DNA of 64,000 bases from Lama glama (Eukaryota): NCBI GenBank assembly GCA_028534125.1, contig CM052818.1, positions 18,354,001-18,418,000 of the forward strand, read 5' to 3'. Position numbers and translations under genes: made by a program. Below are positions 36,733 to 48,500 of the stretch, one piece after another. Under the pieces are notes generated by a model. The model was given only the letters and a program-made list of their open reading frames with translations. It did not search any database and was not told where the DNA came from. The stretch's first letter is position 1; every line of letters begins with the position of its first letter.

Positions 36733-38367
36733 CATGGCCTGGGCCCTTTTCTCTGAAATAGTCATTTCACAGTGAAGCATATGAGGGCATAAGTGCCCTC
36801 AGACCTGGGCTGTGAGGTCCTTGCCCTGGGCACCACACTGGAGAAGGCCCCACTCTGGGCCTCCTCTAGCCAGGCCTCACTCATAGCCAAGGAGGCTAGG
36901 ATCCACGAGGCAAAAGGGATATGACCATCCAAGCCTGCACTGAATTTGCTGGTACTTGGGACTCCAAAATCCCCTGCACAAATTCTCCCGGACCACCTTG
37001 TCCTTCCCACAGTGAACCACACCCCTAGTGTGCATACCATAAGGCCTGAGGATCACTGTTTGTAGCGTGTTGATGGAGCTCAGTTGTGCATGCTGGGGTT
37101 CCCCATGTTGTATAGAACCAGATGGGAGGAGAAGGAAGGCTCTATCAAACAGTATCTCCTTACCTGAATACTGCAGATGTAAATGATGGTCTGCATGAAG
37201 AAATGGAAATGCACTGACACCTTCCCATCCCTACTACTGAGAAAACTACTCAAGGTTTTCAAAGATTTTTTCCCCCAGATAAAGTACTTTTTATTTTTAT
37301 ACCAAATATTTTAATATAAAAATTATGTAATACACAACCTGCAATCACAACAGTATCCACGTAACAGTGAAGGGATGGAGTGTAGTGGGAAGCATGGCAG
37401 TGGGAAGGTAGGTTTTCCGCATCCCTACTGCTTCCCTTGCCTACAATCACTCTGTAGCCTGTGAGAGCATGACGTTTCCCAACCTTAAGGGCAGATCAAG
37501 GCAGCGTGATGCTGACACTGAGACAAACCAACCTAAGGGGAGAAAAGCAGGTCCCCCAACATGCCATTTCCCCACCATGGCAGCTTCCAGGTAAAGCCAG
37601 ATCCAGTTAGGAGGTAATAAGATAGATGTGACTGAGAGGAGAATCAACCATCATTCCTTAGCATCCTTCTGATCACACGTTTAGAAACAGAGTTTTCCAG
37701 GAATTGTTGGATTGAAAAGACCTAAAAATTGTCTTAGCTCTTCAGAGCAGGCAGGTCAGTTTTGTCACCTTTACTTGGGACATCGACACTGACCTGACTC
37801 TACCCTTCAGGGCACTTCACCTTATTTACCAAAACCCTTGGTACCTAACTGTCTCCACGTTGTTCCCTTGTCCTGTACCTTCCTGGTGACTTCAGCAACC
37901 TCATGAATCCCCCAGCGTGGACCCTAGCTTCACAATGTCTTGACTTACACATCTGCAGGGCCTTATACTTTCATGGACTTTAGTAACATGTAGCCACAAT
38001 ACTGATCTTTTAATTTGCAGAAATAGCTCCATTCTTCTGAAGTCTTCCCCCTTCAGAAACCTGATTCCTGACTCCCTCACTATTCTACTGCCTTTCTCAA
38101 ACTGTCTTCCTGAAACCTGCCTTGTCTCCCAGGCTGTCATAGGGAAGTAGGGGGTCTAAGAAGTAATGCTAAGCACAGAAACAATATACAGGAGTCAATG
38201 AAATCCACTCTTGACTCTTTTAAAAACAACTGTTTATTTTTTCATTGCTTAAAAATCAATACCAAGATGTTCAAACTGTATAGAGGATTAAGTTCTTGTG
38301 TCCTGGATAAGGAAAGAAATAAAATAACTTTAGATGGAAAAAAAATTAGTTAGGAATGTATGCTTAA

Positions 38368-38851
38368 TAGAATACTACTCTGCCATGAAAATAATAAAAT
38401 AATGCCATTTGCAGCAACATGGATGGACCTAGAGATCATTATTCTAAGTGAAGTTAGCCAGAAAGAGAGAGAAAAATACCATATGATATCACTCATATGT
38501 GGAAATCTTGAAAAAAAAAAAAGGACACTGTGAACTCATCTACAAAACAGAAACAGACTTGAAGACTTAGTAAACAATCTTATGGGGGTGGGAAGGGATA
38601 AATTGGGACGTTTGAGATTTACAAATGTTAGCCACTATATATAAAAGTAGATTTTAAAAAGTTTCTTTTGTATAGCACAGGGAACTACATTCAATAACTT
38701 GTAATAACCTTTAATGGAAAAATATGAAAACAAAAATATATGTATGTATATGCATGACTGGGATATTGCGCTGTACACCAGAGACTGACACATTGTAATT
38801 GACTGTACTTCAATTACAATTAAAACAAAAAGACAAAAAAGGAAAAAAAAA
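38368..38851 (+). mobile_element. Relatively young 5'-truncated L1 with 14-bp TSD
   Basis: L1 3'UTR (gcagcaacatggatggacctagag, tgtatagcacagggaactac), A-rich tail, flanked by gaatgtatgcttaa at 38354-38367 and 38852-38865. Confidence 0.92.
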
Positions 38852-38865
38852 GAATGTATGCTTAA

Positions 38866-40170
38866 AATAAAAGGATCATCACTGAATAGAAACAACAAAA
38901 TAAAAGAGGAAATAAAACTTTTAGCTTGTAGTGCTAGGTAAAACATAGAAAATTATCTCTATGACCTTAGGGTCAGCCAACATTTCCTAGTGAGAACCCT
39001 AAAAGCACTCAACATAAAAAAATGATGAATTGGACTAGATCAAAATTAAATATTTCCACCCAAAGACACATTAAGAAAATTAAAAGCCAAGCCAAGGCTG
39101 AGAAAAAAATATTCTCAATACATATATTTGACAAAGGATTCACACACAGAATACATTAAAAAAAATAAACTCCTGCAAATGAACAATAAAAAGATAAATA
39201 ATCTAACGAATGAGAGGAGGAGAAACACACTCACCATATGCCCCAACAAAGCCACTACTACGTTTTTACTCAAAAGAAATTCTCTTAAAATGCATCACAA
39301 AAAGATACATATACAGCAGTCTTATTCATAAAACCAAAAAAGTTTCCAAACCCAAAGTCCATCAAAAGGTGAATGGATCAATAAATTTAAAGTATTTAAA
39401 TAATGGAATATTACTCAGCAATAAAAATAAATAAACTATGGATACATCCCACACACTGATAAATCTCAAAAACATTGCATGAAGTGAATGAAGCCAGACA
39501 CAAAGGAGCAAGTACTGTATGATTCAAGTTCAGGAACAAGCAAGACTCATGTGTGGTGACAAAAGTCCAAAAGCAGTTGTCTTGGGATGGGGCCTTGGCC
39601 TGAAGGGGAACATTCTATGGTGATGGAAGTAGTCTATGGTTTGTGTGGTGGTTGCACAGATGTAAACAACTGTCAAACCTATCAAAAGGAAACACTTAAG
39701 ATCTGTGCATTTTATTGTGCCTAAATTATACCTCAATTTTTTGACAATCCACAGAATAAATCTGACTGTGTTCCTTTAGTAACAATTAGAAAACAAGTTG
39801 TGTGTGGGGGGACCTCCTAATAGCAACAAAACCTATAAAGTATAGCAGTAAATATACGAGAAAAGTGTAAGACTTTCACAAAGAAAATGATAAAACTTAT
39901 TGAGAATAGACCTAAATGAAGATAAAATATGTTCACCAATGTGAACTTTTAATATTGTGAAGATATTATTCACCCAAATAAACGTATAAATTCAACACAA
40001 TTCCAATGAAATTCCCAGCTTTTGTTCATAGGTAGGGATTCATGGAACTTTAGAAATCAACTTGATGATATGAAGTAAGATGCACATATCATGAAACTTA
40101 GAATTTCCACTTCTAGGAATATGTTCCAAGGAAAAGCCTTACTCTTATGCACAAAAATGTATGAGTGCTC
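38866..40170 (+). mobile_element. Old L1M fragments (host of the younger L1)
   Basis: aaacatagaaaattatctctatgaccttaggg, tttgacaaagga, aacccaaagtccatcaa, aaattatacctcaat. Confidence 0.75.
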
Positions 40171-42879
40171 GGGGGGCATACAGGAGTTATGGCTACTAGC
40201 TTCTCACTTTGGCTCTAAAGTTGCCCTCACACTACCCTGTCACCTCTGTCTGGTGCTGCTGCTCTCCAGTCCACAAAGAAGGCAGGAAATGCGTACCAGA
40301 GTAATGTGGGGGGAGAGAAAGGTCACACTAGAAGTCTCTGCCAGTCAATCCCTCAGATGTCCCTGGCCTTCTTCCTCTCCAGTCTGGCAGCCAAACACAT
40401 TCATCTCCCAAGGGTTCTCACAGTATCTGTGTTAGTTAATGAAAATGGTTGAGATCCACCCATCTTTTTGTCTTGTGAATCTCCATTGTTAGGCTCAGAG
40501 AAGACAGCCAACACCGTGCAAAGACTGAGCCATATGGAACTCCAAGTTTATCAAGGTTATATGGTAAAAACTTTGTCAAGAGAAATTAAAACAAAAACGA
40601 AAACAAAAACAAAAACACTGTAAGACAATGAGAACAGAGCTAGATGACGTATCAGCTCCCAGCTCAGGCTGCACAGATTTCCCAACCATCCTCAAACCAA
40701 AGAGAGAACTTTACAATCAATTAAATCTAATCAAAGCTCACCAGGGCACTAGAGAGAGAACATTTGACTACTTTCAACAATTGCTCAAAGGCAATAACTC
40801 CTGAGAGGAATGAATAGACAAGTCACAGCAATATATCCCACAGGGCATAGTCCCTGCCCTCATTTAATTCACCTTAACTTTTAACATACTTTTCAAACTT
40901 TCATAGCTCTCTGTTACTTTCCCTCCCTGATACCAAATATCCATCTATTCCAATTTTATTTATTCTGTTCTAATAAAAAAATATAGACAATAACTGGGAT
41001 AAAGAGTCTTTCAGGTTTCATGGGTTCTTATATTAGAAAGGCTACAATCTGGTTACTTCAGTGAATTCTGGGTAAACACCAATTACTCTGAGATTGAGCA
41101 AGACACTCCCCGTGGCTCAATTACAGAAATTCCAGATTACACAGGACAGAGTCAAGCTTCTTTTCTCTGCCAGAGTCAATTCAGCATTTGCACAGTATCC
41201 CACGGAAAACAGAAAAGAAGCCATGACTTGAGCCTCCTTGGAATATGCCCTGCTGGAGATATTATTTTCTCCTAATGAAACAGTATCAATTTAAAAGTCA
41301 GATCACTTCTGGATAAATGGTTAAAGTGTTCCTCCTACAAGGCCCTTTGAATAAGCATGAAATAAAAATGCTGTCATTCTGAATTATACTAATGATAAGA
41401 TTGAAAATAAATCTTTACCATACTGACTACTGCAAGACTGCTCCCAAGTCCCCCTACTGTAAAACAGGGACACAAGACCGTCATCACAGGTCAACAACAA
41501 TGTAATTCCCAGTAGTAATGAGCATTTCCTGATTCCTCCTCCTCTCTGATTCTAGACCTAAGAAGACCCACATGCAGACACACCCACAAACCACGACACA
41601 ATCGTAGAATGGTTTCCCCTCTCAGTCTTTGCCATTATTCTTTCCCTATTTCCAACTTGTAGCCAAAATTCATACATCTGGTTCTCCCAATGACAGAAAT
41701 ATCTACTAAAACTCCAGCCACCTGATCGAAAAAGACAATGACCAACAAAGATTCTTTAGTCACTAGACCTCAACCTTTCTTTTCCCCTCACTGATAAAAC
41801 AGGTCTTAGAGAAACTTGTAAGTGGCCCAGCCTCTGACAAGTTAAGTATTATCATCTCCCATTTTACACATGAAACAACTGAGGCTCTAGAAATTAAGTG
41901 ACTTGCCAAGCATATCACACACAAGTGGCAACAGGTGAACTAGAACACAGCTTTTGTACTTGCTAAAATAGTATCCTCCCCATCGCTGACCCTGTAGGTT
42001 TTTAACCAGATGCTCAAGTACTCCCAATGCATCATAGCCTTGCAAAGAGTTGGGAAAACACTGGCATTCCTCAACTTTTATTACTTCAAATTTCATCAAC
42101 CATTTTATTTCACAATATCAAAAAAGCTCTATTTCACTGTGGTGAGTTTCAAGCCCCTGCAATTGACTTTCTGCCTCCCTTTGTCACCGGGCAATCACCA
42201 GGCCAATACAAGGTCACCATCTAGTGGTAAAAACTACTAACTACAGACTACACAGCACATCTCCACAGACCTTTGCACCCCTTTTGATCTCTTCCTATGC
42301 CCACCTCCCACTACCATTATTTCCAGCAAACTTACAGAAATAATTTACAAAGGAAATAAGGAATTTCCAACTATGTAAAACATAAAGCAATTGTTTAATT
42401 ATTTTAATATTTAGGCATTTACTAAGTCAATACACTTAGACACATACATAGGTAATAATCCACTCTATCAGTGGACTATTCTAAGCAGCCCAGAGCTTGA
42501 CATGCAAAAAAAACATCAAGAGAGCACTAGATATGAGCCCCATGTCAGGTCGCTGGAGATAACCACAACTCGAGGTAAGTGCTAGACTCTACTTCACTAA
42601 AGGAGCTCTACATCTTAGCAGCTTCCTGAGAACTGAGCAAGTACTCCTTCAGCAAAATCAGCTACTTCTAAACTAATGTGAATTCTGAGTCTACTCTCAA
42701 ACAGCATGTATTTATTGAACACATGCTATAGGCTTACAAAATAATGCAAAGTATGTTAGATAAGTATTGAACAGTCCTCTAGCAAGCCTGTTTCTGCCCA
42801 CCACTCACTAGTCCACAGAATCCACTGCCTTCATATCCCACAAATATTTTAAGTGCTAAATTCTATCACCTTTTTTCAG

Positions 42880-43450
42880 TGCTAACTGTGAGCTTATCTG
42901 CAGCCTTTGGCACCCTTGACCAAGTGCTCTTTTCCTCATACTCTCTTCTGTCTTTAATTCCTTGGCCTAAATTCTCTTGATTATCTGCCTACCTCTCTAA
43001 TCACACCTCTTGTTTTTAGCACCCCCAACTTCCAGAGATCTAGCTTGAGACTCCTTTCTTTTTTTTACCTCCCCCGCCCCCCGCATTGTATCTTGACAAT
43101 CCATCACATCCGTGGCTTCAACACTCATGTCTGTATATCCACTCCTGACTTTTCTTCTTTAAGCTCTAGTTTTATGTTTTTAACTCCTTACTGGATATTT
43201 CCCCACTGGAATTTCAAACTCAGCATGCCTAAATCAGAGATCAGCAACTTCCCCTCCAAACTCCACTTCTCTTTGTTCACTATTTCAATCAGCCAGGTGC
43301 CAACTGCTGCTCCTTTAACTCCTTCCTTTCCCAATGCCCTCTCATCCAACCATCTCCAGGGATAGTCAAATCTGAACCTGCGCTGATCTCTCACTATCCC
43401 TTTCTCTCCTCTCTCCCCAAGGCAACTACTCTGATTCAGACCCTCAATTC
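42880..43450 (+). mobile_element. L2 remnant
   Basis: cttatctgcagcctttggcac, tcaaactcagcatgcctaaa; pyrimidine-rich. Confidence 0.65.
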
Positions 43451-45284
43451 TCTTCCATTCTGACCACAATCTTTCAACTGTTACTTGTTCTATGTATATT
43501 TGCAGAGAACCTATCATGTCCCAGGCATCTACCAGGGACTGGAAATATAGCAGGGACCAAATGAGACAGCAGCCTTGCTCTGATGGGGTTTATATGTTAT
43601 TACGGTCAAAGAGAAACACAAACGTGAGGAATGGAGAAAGTCACAAAGAAAAACTTCAACATTCTCATCCTCATCTCCTTGATTTAACAGAACAAGTTAT
43701 CTAGCATCATCTTAAACCTTTAGTTTCTTAGTTATTCTGTTCTACCCAATATACATGACCTGTAATGAAACTCAGAGAAATTTGAACTTTTCCATAGTGG
43801 ATAGCAAAAAGGGGAAAAGCCAAAGTCTAAATTGTTTCCTTAAACCTTAAACTCTTGCTTAACTTTAAAATCATAAGAAACAACTACTAAACTTCTGAGA
43901 GTTAATCAAGCAAAAAATTGTACATGTGCTTTGCCATAACAAAAACTGTGACAGCAACAATTTTTATTACTAGGAGGCAAATTAGTAGTGTGTGCCTGTT
44001 TTGATCATTTGGTTGGAAACTTGAAAGTCTAAATTGTGTTTATTTTTCTTATTAGAAGGTATTAGCCCATCAAACTGATGCTTATCAAGCTAAAAGGCAA
44101 TCAACAAAAGTTGTGTTTATTCATATTCTCAGTATTAATTGCTGATTTTTAAGGCCTTACGTACTGAGTGATTGATTTATTCACCTATTCTTTCACTTAA
44201 CAAACATTTATTATAGAATGCTGTCTATGTGCCAGACTAGTAGGGGTAGAAAAACATGCTCAAGAAATTCAATCTAGCATGACAAGATTTTTTGTGAAGG
44301 TGAGAAAGATGAGAGTTATAGAAGAAACTCAAAGTTCTGTGGAAGTGGAGAGTGAGAAGTCAAGCAAAACTTCACCAAAAGAAGACATTTAAGTTGAGTC
44401 TTGAGACATGAGCGTCTTTCAGTTGAGATGGGGAAGGATACTGCAGACAGAAGAGAAAAGACGTACTCAAGGGTGTGACACAACAGAACATCCACCGGCA
44501 TAACTGCCGATACATGAAATAACAATCCCAACTTTAGAAATAGATGGGGAATAAACTAGTTATCAAACTGAACAGGAATATTCATGTATAATCATACTTG
44601 CACAAAATTGGCAGATGGCAGCCAGTTTCTGACGCTAGCTTGTTTGACATGTATTCAAATGATCCTGACCATCCTTATAGAGAGAAAAACTTTCAGCCAC
44701 TGACTCTGCGTTTAGTTATTTCACAATTCCTCCAAGACCTTAAATTAACAAACCATCAGTGTGCCCAGGTTTCCCAAGGCAATCATGAATTTATTAAAAG
44801 AAACTTTAGTTCTGCCTGCTGGTTTGTGTTATCTAGTGTGTGGTTGTTTTTGTTGTTACCACAGCAACATGTAGACAGTGAAATCTGGCATAGGACATGT
44901 GGTGTTGCTAAAATACTGCTTTATGAAGTACGTAACCAGAAGAGTTAAGGATAATATAACACGCCATTGTCTCTGAGGAGGAATCAAAACAGAGTAAAAG
45001 GGAGTGAGATAAGGGACTGGGTTCCAAAAGGGTTTCATGGACCACATCCCATGGCAAAGAATTAATAGCTCTCACTGGAAAAGTCTCTAAGGCAAACAGT
45101 GAGTTAACACCACTAATAACACCAATGTGAACTTGACCCTCCCAAAGAAGGAGAAGGTGCTCAGGCTTTCCAACCTAATTGACCACGGACCACTTTTTCG
45201 CCTAGAGGTGCAGGAACCATGAAACACACACTGAGGAAACGCTGAGTTAAACAGTATTATAGCTTTTAACAGAAAACTATATTA

Positions 45285-45745
45285 AGAACCTTAAAAGTAT
45301 ACCAGTAAGTGAAAGAAGCCAAGCTGATAAGGCTACATACTATTTGTTCCAACTATATCACGTTCTGCAAAAGGCTAAACTATGGAGACAGTAAAATGAT
45401 CAGTGGCTTTCAGGGGCTGGGGGTAGGGAGCAATGAGCAGGCAGAGCACAGCATGCTTAGGGTGGTGAAACTATCTTGTATGATACTATAATGGTGGATA
45501 CCTGTCATTATACATGAATCCAAACCCACAGAAGGTACAAAGAGTGAGCCCCTAACATAAACTATAGACTGAGTGACAATAATGTGTCAGTGTAGGTTCA
45601 TCATTTGTAACAAATGTACCCCTCTGATGGGAGGTGCCAATATCACGAAAGGCTCTGTATGCATATGTGGGCTCAAGGGGTACCTGGGAAAACTCTAATG
45701 TTTTCTGATAAATTTTGCTGTGATGGAGCTGCTCTAAAAAATTTC
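45285..45745 (+). mobile_element. L1MC-type 3' end
   Basis: gtgaaagaagccaa...aaactatggagacagtaaaa...tgtaggttcatcatttgtaacaaatgtacc. Confidence 0.85.
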
Positions 45746-47987
45746 TCTAAAAGAGAAATTTCTCTATTTTTAAAAACTATATGATATCCTATTAAGAAAA
45801 CTACAAAATCAGAGGAACAGCCTCTCATGGAGCTGTGATTCCCCAAGGTCCTTTCTCTACATATTGAAAACAGTGCTTGGGGGAACAACTGTTGACTGGG
45901 CCCTGTGCTAGGTACTGTGATGGGAACAAGAGAAACTGAAATCTTAGTTTCTAAGAGTTTGCAGTGTGAATGGGAGGGGAAAAATTAGAGGGGTGGGCGG
46001 GGGGTAGAAAGAGAGAGAGGGAGAGAGAGGAAACAATTAGAAAAACACATTTAGCTAATATTTACTGGGTGCAGTTCATGTGCCAGATATGATGGTAGGC
46101 TTGGGTATTTAGTAATGAATTGTGGTCCTTCTCTTCCTGGATCTGACTGTCTAGGTGGAAAGAAAAATATTACATCAGTAAAAACACAAATAAGAACGTG
46201 CTACATAGCCTAACAAAAGCAGCTTGATTTAGAATCGACTCTAGGCTATTCTGAGGAGATGATATTTGAGCTGAAATACACAATACTAGTCAGTCGAAAA
46301 GTCAAGGGAACAGTGTTCTCTAGGCAAAGGAACAGCACGTGTAAAATCCCTGAGGAGGGAACAGCTTCCAGTTTCTGAACTGAAAGAGGCCTTGGCATTA
46401 CAGGGGTGTGTAGGAGAGGAGAATGGAGAAGTGGGAGGGGCCTTGAGGACAGGTTAAGGAGCTTGTCTTTTATTTCATTGAAAATGGGAAGGCTTGGAAG
46501 GGTTTTAGGCAGAGAAGTGACAGAATCTGCTTAATGTCTGAACAATGTAGGATGCTAGGCATAGCTCACTTTCAGGTTTGCCCATTCAGTCCCTGATTCA
46601 TTCTCTGCTGAAACAGAAGGCCACAGAAAGAGGAAGCCACTCAGATTGAAGTTGAAGTGTGACTGAGGGGTTGGGGGTGCATTTATTAAGAACATTTATT
46701 AGGAAGCTTATCATAAGCTTCTGTCAACAAAGCAGTATCTGTATGTATACGTGGAGGAAAAGAAGGGTGTAGGTTTTCCATTCCCAGACCTTGGTTTGAG
46801 TCAGCAGGACAGAAAGAGGCTGTGACAGTCCACGCCACTTCCTTAGCATCGGGACATAGTGTTTATGCCCAAGCCTCTGCTAATGTAACACAGTTTTCTC
46901 TGAGAGAGGTAATACCATCAGCAGTCACCAACTAGTGCCTCAGCCACGAAACAGTTAATAGTCAGTTAAAAGCAAGGGAGGGCCCACGTGAATGGAACTG
47001 GGACAGGGGAAAGAAACAATGGCATTTCAGTACAGGCTTCCTCTCCTCTGCATCTTTTTCCTTTCAAGAGTCAACTGGAAATCTGGAGACTCAGCTCTAG
47101 ACCTTGCTGTCACAATCTAGCTGTGTGACCTTGAGTAAATCACTTCACTTCTCTGAGCACTTTTCTGTAACACTGGTAACTAGCAAGAGGTGAACTACAT
47201 GCTCATGAAGGTTCTACTGCATTCTAACTTTGAGTCTATGATTCTCTTCACTGAAAGAAAGCCCGTCCTTGAGACCTCTCACAGAAGTGGGGGATGGAGC
47301 GCGAAGGGGGGAGGGAGGCAAGGGAGAGTTCTGCATTTGCTGCCGAGTTCACACCAGCCTTGTAACCTGCCTGTGTCACTCCCTGGCGACAAGGACTAGG
47401 CTTGTGAAGGAACAGCCAGGAGCTGTGAGACCACCCAGAAGGAGAAACAATCTGCCACATGTTCCCTGAAGCCCGTTTTGTCGTCCTTAATCCCCCCAAG
47501 TCCACGATGTGCAATTCTAACTCACACCACCAGGGTCGGGAGAGCCACCCCTGGGAGATGCAGGGTTCTTTCAGAGTGGGAGTTCAGAACACCTGCTTCC
47601 CAGTAGTCACTGGTGATCACCAAAGAGGCTAAGATTAGATTGCTTTTGAAAATATCTGAAGTTTGGTTTTTATTAAAACAATTTCCTATCTTATTAACCG
47701 ATTTTTGAAATGGGTTTGCATCTTGACACAATCTTTTTATACATTAAAAAACAGAATATGCGGGGAGGCAGTCAAGATAGGATTTGCTTTATGTGGATAA
47801 TTGTTGAAACTGGTGACAGGTAAATGGGGATTCACTACACTATTATTTTTAGTTTCATGTCTGTGTGAAATTTTGCAGATTAAAGTCTTAAAAACAGAGT
47901 GAATTTGGAAATTCTGAAATGTACCCATATTGGATTTTCCAAATATATGTATAAACCCCACAATAAAACTTGATGGTTAAATTGATA

Positions 47988-48500
47988 GGAAACTGGCAAA
48001 CTGTGGCCTGTGGGCCAAACCTGGCCAACTGTCCAATTTTATAAAAGTTTCATCAGAACACAAACACGCTAGTCAGGGCTGTTCCAAAGAACTTTGTGAT
48101 GATGGAAATCTTCTCTATCTACACCTACACGAGAGCCATTAGCCACATATTATTACAGAACTTTTAAAATGTAGCTAAGGAGACCAAGGAACCGAGTTCT
48201 TCATTTTATTTAATTTTAATGTAAATAGCCAGAGATGGCTAATAACTAACATATTGGACATCACAGGGCTAGAATTTCGATGCCTTAGCCAGTGGTGTGC
48301 TAGTAAATATTTTAATAATAAGGGGGGTGCATGCTTGTTTACAAATAGAGATCCCTTGACTTGTAGCTGCCGAGTTCACTCATTCCCATGGTGTAAATAC
48401 TTGCACTATAGTGGATTTCAAACTACATAATGCAGAACTGAGAAAGATGCATGGATTGGTTCTCATGGGCCAGGGCCTGCCAGGGCCAGCACACCCGGGG
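47988..48500. mobile_element. Cluster of hAT DNA-transposon remnants (MER58-like, MER3-like, MER63-like)
   Basis: ggcaaactgtggcctgtgggccaaa; gaactttgtgatgatggaaat...atattggaca; cagtggtgtgctagtaaat...ccagcacacc. Confidence 0.65.

Noticed and set aside
47269..47469. Cys-rich 66-aa ORF considered as another alternative FSHR exon
   Set aside because: No convincing pyrimidine tract or acceptor and no recognisable homology.
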